This document shows positions 27,101-39,100 of a DNA stretch of 64,000 nucleotides, one piece after another. The stretch is taken from assembly GCA_051294905.1 (NCBI GenBank), contig CM119377.1, positions 15,128,001-15,192,000 on the forward strand, given 5' to 3'. The notes under the pieces were generated by a model. That model was not told the origin of the DNA. It saw nothing but the letters and a program-made list of their open reading frames with translations, and did no database searches. Both the position numbers and the translations under genes were made by a program. The stretch's first letter is position 1. The number at the start of each line of letters is the position of its first letter. Origin of the DNA: Botryllus schlosseri (taxonomy: Eukaryota).

Positions 27101-30100
27101 TCATACACCCACAACTATTATCTGATATTGGTTAGTAACGGTGTTTGGTTAATTCACCAGTACCTAACTACAGTTTTGGTAACAAGTTCATACGGCGATA
27201 ACCATTTCTTCGTTTACATATCCAGGTAGTTTATACCGAATTCTTTGATTAAAACCCAGATATTATCATGATTTCTGAGATTGTGAGCTTCATTCTTTCG
27301 TTTTAAGCCATATTTGTGTTGGGGAATATTTGATTGTTGCATTTTGTTTGATAATTTCGTGAATATTTTTTTTCAAATTTTGTTTTCAACCCCATGAATT
27401 TGCCTCGGTCATAGCAGTGTCTGGGCCATTGCAAGTCAAGGCAATATGCCCATTCATATCAACTGCTTCTCCCGGGATAGAATGCTGTTGCCAATCTTGC
27501 CATCACCGAAGTCATTTCACCTAGTGAGGAATAGCAATTTCGGGCACAAGAGAATAATATATTTGGGTTTATTTCGATATGAATATATAGTTCAATTGTA
27601 CAGTGAAGTTCTGTACCTCCTCCTATACAAATATTGTGAGTTCAGCTGGTAAATCCATCTTCTCATTCTGCCGTTTCAGGCTGCTGTGGACGGCCTTCCT
27701 TCGTCAATCGCGAGGGGTCGTAATCTCCTCTTCGAAATTACCGGCGAAGGCAATTTGCCGAGAGTAACAGTCACGAAACCGTCGATGCGAAACAAAAACG
27801 GCGATCCGGTGCTGATATATCAGAGATTGCTACTGGGACGGGAGCAAGTTCTACCACTGGCTCTCGCCAATGAAGGCACCTTACCCAGCAAAGTGAATAT
27901 CTCTCTGGAACAAAAAGTCAACACTGACGGTCAGTGCTGTAATCAGAAATGAATATCTAAATGTTGAAATTTCGTATGATGCTAAAAATCGGTCAGACAA
28001 AAACAAAATCAGAATGTGTGTACCGATATCGGCTAGAGATGGAATTTGTGTCCAATTTTCAATGTGACTGGCGGTATTTGCTAGAGAGGGTGGTAAATCA
28101 AATGTTACAAGTGTATTTAATTGAATTCAATCGGAAATAGATCAAAAATGGAACCAATCTAGGCAGGTACATAGATGAATCCTGTTTTTCAGATTTGCAC
28201 ATGACCTTGTGCTATTCATTGGGCCATATTAGTATTAATTATTCAGCTCGTCTGTCACCTTTTGGGATTTTGGTGTCTCTGGATAACTTTATTCAAGACA
28301 CAACATTTATCATATGACAGAAAATTTACATTACTTATTTGATTACTTGGCAAATTCTAGCAGCCAATATTTGCCAATGTCTTTGAGAATCCTCAAAGTG
28401 AGAGCTCCGATACAATATTCTCCCTGGGTAAGCCACAGTCTCTTATGATTTTTCAATGACAAAGCTCAAATGTAAACAATGTCACTTAGACGTCCTATAA
28501 CACCCGACTGTTTGTTTCAGGTGAACTCGATCTTCTCGACGAAGATGGTTCCGATCAGTACTCGGCATTCTTGCCAGATTTTGCCTTTTCTCTGGTGCCA
28601 CACCCCGGTACCAATTTGATCCGACCGATCGCGACGCCTGGAAAACCGAGTGAGAATTGCTATCGAATTTTTAATTTTCCTATGCTTTCATATAGGGTGA
28701 GGTGGTGAGGTGGTTCATGATGACGTATTATTAGGTATTTGAACTGATTTGAGTACTTGCTGTACTTTATCACGAGGTGTTGGTCTTGGTCAGACCTGGG
28801 CATTTTGCGGCCCGCGAAAAGTTACTTGGCATTTAGATTATAAAATCGCTGATCACTCTTCATGACCGAGTTACCAGATGTTTTTGATCTTAAGTAACTT
28901 GTGAATGAAATTTTGGTTACACGGAAAAGCACAGCATTTCCATAGTTAAGTCGTGATATCGCCAACGACAGTATTATGGCTTTGCATGCTTTCCACTCAG
29001 GAAAGTGATGCAAGCATATCCCAAACCTACTTAACGATATCTGAAGTGTAAATAGTATATAACCCTTCGACCAAGTACACTATTTGAAACTACTGATTGA
29101 GTACTTTACAAACCATTATTTTCTACTTTCACTTGAAGTGAGCATCACAGGCCTTGGAAATTGAACTCTGAACTCTTGTGACCAGTTATTTGAATCGTTT
29201 TTTAAAATTCTCCATCTACGAACCTGATCATGGTGTGGCCGTACATCTCTTTCCAGGTGACGCCCCTTACACGACGAGTGTGATCTTGCAGCCCGGAGAA
29301 GCGGGCAGCTTTGACGTTAGATTCCGTCCAGAAACGGTCAGGACCTACACCGGCAAAATTAAGATCACCGTGGTCGATAATCTTTTCGAGGAGAACAAAA
29401 TCCAGCTGTTCGGAGAAGGCTTTCAGGTTGCGTTTCTGATCAATTCGATAGTTCATAATGAATGAACGACAAATGCAATAATGCTTATCATATCGATGAA
29501 TACATTACTCGAAGCATACTACAGCTGGATCTGACTATTTCACATTAACTTAGGCGATGGTAATAGCAATAAAAGTGAATGCACCCCAATTGATGATGTG
29601 ATGAAGTTTTGGTCACAGTTTCGTGTTACAATGATATTTTATGTCACGCATCTGGGTTGTTTTTGCAGGATGAAATCGGGTTGTGGCAATTTTTGTAAAA
29701 TGTAAACTTAAGAAGAACATTTGCTTCTCTCAACCCTTGCCAGATTTTAGTCCAATTTCAACTACTTGTGTGTGAGAAAATATGTGACGAAACTTGCTGT
29801 TGTGCTGTAATTACTTGCATCCAAGATGCTACAGGTTTTATGTAAAGTTGGCTACGGAGAGTGGAGAGCCTGTTATACATAGCCTAACATAGGAGCAAGC
29901 GATTTCCAACTGATTTTCGAGTTCTCACAGTAACCTATGCTGTTATCATTTTCTCACTTCCGTGGAAAAATTTATGATAACCCGCGCGCTGATGGCCATA
30001 TGCCTGTCTCGACTGAAATGCCATATGCCTGTCTCTTAGAAAAACTTGGCATCAAATTCCCTTAGCATGGTATGTTTTGTTGATGTGTCATTGCAAATCA

Positions 30101-33100
30101 GTGCAACGTCTTACGAACAAGTAACTGTGGTGCTAACAATCTATTTTGTCGCGCAATAGGAGGATGTCACATTCGATAACCTGTACCGAGCTGGTGACGG
30201 CCAAGTCAATTTTGATGCTCCGACGGAATTAGATGCAAATCATCAACGTTCGGCGACATCTGTATCGAGCGGGGAACCCGTGTACGCAGGTGCCCGTGGC
30301 GATCGTCTCCTATTCGACGACTGCCACGTTTCAGAGGCAAAAGAAAGGTCGTTCACAATCACAAATCATTCTGAAGTCGACACTGTACGATTCCAGGTAA
30401 CAATTTAGTTTATTCAAGAGGAGGTTGCAATCTTGCAAACTTTTAAACATGATTTTAATTGCAGTGGGACGAACACGACCATGTCACATTTTCTCCAGTC
30501 GTTGGACATTTGCATGCAGGTAATATGACTTGACAGATTTTGGTCGCAATAGAACGTGATTGATGTCAGAAAATCTCAAACAGACCACTGATGATAATAA
30601 CTATAACTAAGTCCTGGCGAAATAGACTACAGAACTGATTCGCTTCCTAGTCAAGTATTAAGCTTAGAGTGAAGAGGAGTATTCGAGTAGGACTCATTAT
30701 GCCTTCATAACAGTACGAATGACTTCAAAATTTCAGAAACTTATCTTATCTTAGCTATAAGTTAAATAATCATAGTTACACCTTACGCATCATCAATATT
30801 AATTTTCTGCTTCATGATGATGATCATTTCATCGTACTTTGTGACCATGATCATGCTGAAGGCACACAGAAATGTAGGTTCCATGAATATTTTTATTAGC
30901 CTCGTGCTAGATCAGGGGTCTCCAACACGCGGCCCGCGGGCCGCATGCGGCCCGCGAGGTCCTATTTTGCGGCCCGCGACCTGATTTGAACAAATTTCAG
31001 AAAAACGCTTAGTAAATCATTTTTAAACGCTGAAAATTATTTCAATTGAAACATAATGTTGTTGTTGTTCGAAGTAAGCCATTACACTGTGCCCAATATC
31101 ACTATTCCTTACTAGTTGATACGGCTTCGACATGGTAATATCATTCCATGGATGAAGAATTTGCTGGTACGAATGGGCATAATATTGCCTTGACGTGCAA
31201 TGGCCCACCACTGCCAAGACCGAGACGCGTGAAAAACGACTTCGGGCTCTCCAAAAGACCATGCTTTACGAGGAGATAGTTGTTTAGCAAGTAGGCCTAC
31301 CGTGTCTAGCTAATCCAAATATTGATTCTTTAATCCAGGGGTGGCCAATCTGCGGTAGTAGAAGGGAAATTATGCGGCTGTCGACACTTTTGATAACAAC
31401 CCTACGTTTTCTAAGATACCCCCTGCATCAGCTCTATCGGTGAATCTGATCACATTGGCCGAGAAAGGATAAATATTTTATAGTAATATGTGAAACCATA
31501 CGAATATTGACGAAATTCACTAATAAACATGAAAAATTTTTCGCGCTTCGCGCGACTACAGACCGGGGTGTCCTGTGACTATTACAACATAACTACTAAC
31601 GATTTCGGTCCGCATAGTAAGCCGATGTGCATAAATTGATTAGTTCGGAGTGTACCGGCAATGGACATGGACATTGGACAGTTTAACGTGGGCATTTGGC
31701 CCCAGCTAGTTTATCACGACTATAACAACCGGTATGCGGCCGCAGGCTACATGAGTAATCGAAAAGCGGCCATGAAGAGCAAAAATGTGTGCCACCCCTG
31801 TTTTAGCGGCTACAGAGTGTCAGGTATCGTGTACAGCTCATAGTTCAAAATATAACGAAATTGGAAATTGATGATCATGATACTTTTGTTGTATTTGTGT
31901 TTGTTCAATAAAATATTATTTCTTTTGTGGTGACTATAACCGTCGCCCATGTTAGAGAGCACAGCATTGTAATAACGAAGAGTTATCAGATGTGGTTGCT
32001 GAACTGCTTTGCCTACTTTTATATCGATATTGATGTCCTGCGGCCCGCGGCATCTCGGCATTCGGAAAAGTGGCCCGCGACCCATTTTGAGTTGGCGACC
32101 CCTGTGCTAGATATAGTAGATGTTATGATTCGACCAATCAAAGGCTCCATAGCTTGGAAGAAAGTATGGAAATTATGGTTTCTAGTTACCAAATAACTAG
32201 TGATGCCAATAGTTTATAAATTCATTACCATTGACAGGAAAAACACTCAACTCGAATCATTGCAATTGATACTTAACTAGGAAAGGAGTAGGCCTACTTA
32301 AATCGTTGTGCCAGTCCTAATCAAACATAAAAAGCACATTCAGTTCTGCTAAGTATTCCGAAACTGTTTATAGAGTAGAAATAAACATACAAATTATAAA
32401 CCAATTAACCAAGTGAGTACCTTCAAAAAACAGTTTTCAAGCTTGTTTTTCAGTCTGCTCGCTTTTTAATGCTCTTCAAAGCCTGCGTTTTTTGTTTATT
32501 TTCAGCTTATAGTTGTATTAGTGACTACCCCGTTCCTTTTTTTATCGTAAGTCACACTGTTGTCTTTTCGTAGGCTGTTCCAAGGAGGTGACCGCCACCT
32601 TCAAATCCGAAAAGCCCACGTTCCTGAGGGATACCGTTATCCATTGCAATGTCGGCAAAATCAAATTTGAGAAATCCATTGAAAGTGTAAGTGTGTTATT
32701 CATGCAAAGAATGATTTTCGATTATTCACGGTTTACATAGAAAATTCAGAAAATTGTGTTTCAAATTTTTACATCAGCATCAACAGGTTGATAAAATAGG
32801 AATAAGACGTTTTTAATGACAAATTACTTGTGATACCATACTTTTTTATCATTCATTCTGTGTAGCACAATATAATTTTCCCAAATATGAGCAATATTTG
32901 TGAACATGTCTTTCCAGGTAACCCTAGTGTCAAGATATGGAATATGATCCAAAACATAGATGCCTGCTTGTAGGACTATTCGTCAAGTTGTTGTTGGGTG
33001 TTGATAGGTAAAATTTGGGATTCGTTGTCCATGAATCGTGATAAGTTACTGTAGTGACCCCACTGACACTTACTTACCTTTCAATTTAGATTTAATAAAA

Positions 33101-36100
33101 GTTGTTGTCATTGTCTAACGAAATAAATATCGCTACATGTATTTTATTGGAGTTCAACATTACAGCATTGCATGTACTTAATCACCCTTGGATACCTGTT
33201 CACTTATAATGTTTTGGTAGATATGAACATTTTTATGCATTAGTAGCACAATCAGATTCATGTTCAAAATAGCGGTCATGAAAATAAGCAGACTGTACAA
33301 CATTAGCAATACCTATCTATGGATATAAGTATACACTTCCACACAAAATTGACTTGCTTGTTTTAGGTATCGGATTGGGATGACAGACTGCGCGTCGTCA
33401 AATGGGTTGACGTCCCCAAGCAAGTAAATGACAAGCAACCTAGCAAACCTACCAAGAAAAAGGTAACTTTTCACTGGCCTTTCATACCTCTAATGAGATG
33501 AATTCATTACTGATTCTTGTGGGCATAGAGATACAAAATGATATGTCGTTTGACCTAACACTGAAACTTGATTTTCTTGTTATTTTTTAATGTTCAAAGT
33601 TTTACGACTTCTATCACACATTTCTGTACAATTTATGGATGCATGGTATCAGAGCATTACACTGTGAAAATACAATTCGTTATGGTATTATACTTCATGA
33701 TTGTATCGTGGTCTTTCATAATTGGAGTAATAACTGTGAAATAAAAGTAAGATTTGACCATTGAAAATATAACATTAAGAAATGGTTCGAATGAGCCCAT
33801 TAAAATCTTAGGATTCAATTGAAGTTCTGCATCTTTGATCGAATTTTCTAACATTGCTGGTTTCGAACCAAACCGAAGGGTAGCCTAACCCGTGTGTTGC
33901 GCCTTCGTTACCATCTGAAAGATATCACAATGATTGATTGTAGTTGTAGCATGCCTAGATTTGTTCCGAATGTCATGCTACTGATATTCAATTAGATCGA
34001 ATTCGGGGCTGCATGGTAAGAAACGTATTCAGCAGTATTCTCTAGCCTGGTATAATCAAGTTTTAAACTTTAATGTTGAGTTCACAATGCGCAATTGCGC
34101 ATAGCTAACCGCAAATTAGTAAAATTGTGTGGCGGGTGTGCTATCATTCTGATGAAGCTATCGTAAATGCCAGATTCTGGAACACGACGGCGTGATTTCC
34201 ATTGCACGCGTCCTGGCGAACTATGAATGATCTAATTAGGTGTTAATCTTCGCACGCCTTGCGCATTTTAGCACCTTCTGTATATGTTTCGAAAGCGATT
34301 TACTCACAGCATTTCCGAGAACCCTACAGTATCGCCAACTGTCTCCTTGCCATGCCAGGCGTATAGGGAGTATTCCGCGGTAAAAACGGTCTTGTTATCT
34401 ATTAGTAGCGGGTGCGTTTGGTTCCGTTTGTACCGGTTAAAACCAGTCTGTGCGATATCTCTCGTGTTCGAAGGCACGCTTCCAAGTTGAATGAGTTTTA
34501 TTACATTAATTACACAAACGGTTCGGATTGTTACATTTGTTAGCAGTTTTTATCAATTCAATACACCACAAAAATTGCCATGCAATGTAAAGATAGGAAG
34601 GTGTCGAAACGACTTGGAGTAGTCTTTGAAATCAGACACCCACCTTGGCCTAGGACCTAGGCGATATAAAGAAATATAGAAATGTATTGAAGGAGTGCTG
34701 CGTAATGTATCATGATTCCACGCCGGCACTAACGCAGACGGCGCACCAGTTACGCTTTCGGTTATATTTATCAACCTACAACACCAATTTTAATCACACG
34801 CATAGTGTATGTTTCATATGACTCAATCCTCAAATAGATGTAGATAATTTAAACCCTGGTACCCCATCCTTGAAGTCTTTGTATTACGTACTACTCTTAG
34901 AAGATATGCGCTATACTCAGTGTTATCATCTAGGAGTCCTTTCCTAGTTGAGCCTTGCGTAATATCGTGCCTAAGTCCTTGACAATGTAACCCACTCTGT
35001 CCAAGATTCACGCGTCAATTTACCACATTCAGTTGCCCTGAAACTTTGGCAGTCACAGACATTTTGGTAACAATTCTGTTTGGTGGGGTGACAACCGAAT
35101 AATACCGAGCACACCAGCTAGTATTCCAATTTAGATCTACTACTGCCCGAATCACATTAGATTGGATTGTACCATCACATATATTTGTATTTGGTGAGAA
35201 TGTTTAGCTATGGCTTGTCGCAATAAAACAAATTTATTTGGACAATATCGTGTTTTGATTGCGTATTAACCTGATGCAGCGTTACGATTTTCAAGCATTT
35301 TTCGCCGCTAGATCTTATTATAACGTATTTCCGCGCCCAAAATCAACACCAATCTGTCATAAAAATATCGTAGCCGTATATTGTACACGTCGCATACAGG
35401 CATGTGCGCGTCTGTCCGTGCATATCTATTTGCAGCCATTCACACCGTGCAGAGAAATATCACTCGCTGGCCTAATCTAAAAGCCAATCGGGCGCGCATT
35501 TATCAAAGCCATTTGCAGTGTGACCCAACTTGTTAGCAGCGTTCAACGGAACATATTCGGGTTAGGATTTACAATTTCAGTCTTCGCTCTGCGTCTCGTT
35601 TAAGATACGCGCTTTGAGATCGTCAGACGAGTTATCCCGCCTTACTATTCTCTCCTTCATCGCGTTTTTGGCTTCTTTGAGTCGCTTTCGGGCATCGTCT
35701 TTGTACTGCCTCGCCGATACGGAGCCTTTTGTGTTCACTTTGGAAGTTCCAGCACCGTTTGAACGCTTTACATTGCCTTTCGACGGCCCTTGAGCCGGTC
35801 TGCGATTGACCTTGTTCTTCTCCAAGTTTTCAAACTTGTCCAAAATGTCTTCGATCTGAAACGATATCATCTCCCAGAACCCTTCCAAGTCGCTTTTCAT
35901 GATAGGTTTGTCTCCCGGGCGTGGGTTTACAAAGCAGCGCACCAGGCCTTCGAATTGTTTGAACCTGTCGCTGACCAGTAGATTCGTCTGGCCGATCACA
36001 GACCTGATTTCGCCCGCCAAAGTATGATACGACGCGTCCTGTAGCACTGCGTTCCATCGGACTTTTTTTTCTTCAAGTTCTGCTGTTGCTTTTTGAAGCA

Positions 36101-39100
36101 GATTACTAAAATATGTCGCGTCTTCGTTGCTTTGTCTGTCGTTGAGTTCTGCTGTTTGCATATTCTCTTGGTCGCTGGAACAGTTGAAATGCTTAGTTTC
36201 GGTAGCAGTTTCTTCTAACGCGTGGAAGTTTTCGAAAGTGTCGTATTGAATTCTTATGTTCTGGTGTCTACGGAATGAAGATAATGTACCAAGGCTCACG
36301 GACGACGCCTTCTGCTTTATAAGATCCAAGAAAGACCTGAACGATCGTGATGATTTCGTGGTGTCTCGCTGGTGATTGCTGTATCCTTCCGAATCTGAGG
36401 GCACAGTGCTTATACCACTCTTCTTAATTGGGCTGGGCGTTGCGCGAATGTTTTTGATAATTCCGTCACTCGCATCGTGCAAATAATCATCTTGAATCCG
36501 AAACAGGGCGTCCGGACATGACTTGACTCTCTTACGAATTTTAGGAGCCGTGCTTTCTTTCAACGCTTCCAGCTTTGGCGTCCATAAATTGCCGCTCGCT
36601 TTTTCAATCGATCCGTAAGCGCTATGTGACGTCACAATCATACGTTTCGGCTGTCCTGGAAATGTGTCTTCCGATCCGCCGTTGAGTCTTGTTGCATATT
36701 CCTGACATAACAATCTACTATGGGTCGACACAACCTCTTTTTGCTTACCATGACGATTAGTGTCGAGACTTTGTGACCTTCTGAACGGTATCCTTGACGC
36801 AATCGCCATATTTGGAACCGATTTTTCATGCGAAACATTATTATTTCTTGCGTCCCTGGATAACATATCTGCACTGCTCACATACCACGCCTACTTCAGC
36901 ACTGAACTGAACACTCAATTACATATTCGCGGGTATTTATCGACTTGCAAACCGCGAAAGGTTTTCTCACTCCTGGAAGTAATCCAGCGGCCGACCCGCG
37001 CGTCATATCTGGGAGAGCGACTGTAGCGCGGCATTTTTATGGCTTCAGTTTGAATAGGCTTATCCCGATTAACACTTCGCCCCTACTTTCTTCCGACACA
37101 CATTTCTTGGCCTTTTTGAATAGATCGGCGACCTTGTTACTTGTGCGAGGCGATTTAGATGGCGAGCGATTGATCTAATTGCTGTAGCTGTTTCATGGAT
37201 ATATTTGCCAAAGTGATGACAGCCATTCTGGTTAAACATCAGTAGATAATTTTGCGGATGGCCATGCGTCGACACTCGACCAAGATTCCGTCATTTGTCT
37301 GCCATCTTTTATTTCCGCTCATGGGCGAGATCTGCTGTCTAGAAATCAGATTATGCTCGCTGTGCTTCTTTCAGTATTTGTAAAATGGTTTCATCACAAC
37401 ATGCATTGCAACGATAAGACTTTTCGTCTTGCTCTTATCAAGAGTTATCGGCACATAGTGTTTGTAGGAGTTGTTGGATATCGGCCGTATGAATTGTATT
37501 CAATCGCCCGCGAAGCGGTTGAAAGACGAAGCTAGTGTTTGTAAGATATTTTGACGAATCGTATGGTGGATTTGCACGTAGACGGCTACGCTTAAAGAGG
37601 CACTGCGCTCTAAAATTGATGTGGTCTCAAATTGAAGGTAAAAACGAACAAAAATTTTTCGCCGCAGCCATTTCCTTCAGAACGCCACCGTAATGGAGCT
37701 GCAATTTATTGAAATTTCTACAAGACCAGCTGCCAGAGCTGCTTAACCCGTTACATGGCGCGATGTCTTCATCGTCGCACTTGCTCGACGCGATAAGGCA
37801 GTCACGCAGAGAACGAAACTTAGACACATTTCCCTCATAACATCGGCTGACAACTATCTAAAATTCGTTCTCTGCGTGACTGCCTAATCGCGTGGAGCAA
37901 GTGCGACGGTGAAGATATCGCGCCATGTTGCGGGTTAAGCAGCCGCGGCAGCTGGTCTTGTAGAAATTTCAATAAATTGCAGCTCCATTACGGTGGAGTT
38001 CTGAAGAAAATGGCCGCGGCCAAAAATTTTTGTTCGTTTTTACCTTTAATTTGAGACCACATCATTTTTAGAGCGCATTGCCCCTTTAATTTAGTCACTT
38101 CAATGGTTCCCTCACCTTTGCCGGATTAAGCGAAGAAACTACTTCGCTAAATTAATCGGAAATTCAATTGTTCTTTTCATAGTCATGTGTAAAGGCATAG
38201 TGCACGTTGACAATTGACATACTGTATTCCTGCCTAACAAATGAATTGCCGCGCTACTATACTACGGCAATCGTCACTGAACGGGTCAAGCGCACGAGAT
38301 TTATGCCTCATTTCGCTGCCAATCTTACATAGTATATTTGATATCCTCAACAACGCAGCTAATTACCGATTTGATAAGGAAGCGACTTAATTTTTTTCGT
38401 TTTCTTTCGTGAGCAATTTCACATTTTCTATGCTAAACCTTTTTACAACATTCTGTTCTACAAGATGAACGCAATTGTTCCGATCGGCTCTTCGAAGTAA
38501 AGCGATTTTCAGGCTGAATGTGTGTTAAAGCGAACGACATCAACGACAGGAATTGCGAACTTGTATCCGGATTAACTGGAGTTTTTTCACATGCAATATT
38601 TACTTTTGTTCCGTTCCCGGGCATTTTGGTCGTATAAAGCGATTGTTCAGGCGACCCGGGATCCTAATTAAGCGAATTCAAGTGTATGGCAATACGCATT
38701 TAACGTCCGTATTAGATTACCGATGGCTGACTTCGGTATCAGCAAATTCCAATAAAACATCAACATTGCTTTTGGGTGGTTCATCGTACTTTCTGCGCGT
38801 TGTGTATCATTTCTTCCGTATAAATCCGTGATTTTAACTTGTTAATTATAGCCCTAAATACACATTAGCGAGGCTTACTCGCCTGCATTACGTCCCGCTT
38901 GAAACTCATCTCGCATCGCACACATAAATGAAGCTTCCATTTACTTGTTCAGGTGATCGAAACGGAGACGGAGCCGGCCAACAGCGTGATCGAGGGCAGT
39001 TCCAGGGCTTTGGAACTCGCTATTTGCGCCAACGTGAATTACGCGAAATTCAATTGCCAGACGGATCACATCAACTTCACAGACACGATGATGCTTCAGT

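Noticed and set aside
34553-35011. Two short minus-strand ORFs downstream of the nested gene as extra exons or an RT fragment
   Set aside because: They lie after the stop codon and putative polyA signal, and have no recognisable motifs.
36867-36881. Track start of the 434-aa ORF
   Set aside because: The codon at 36881 is GTG; the first ATG is at 36866.
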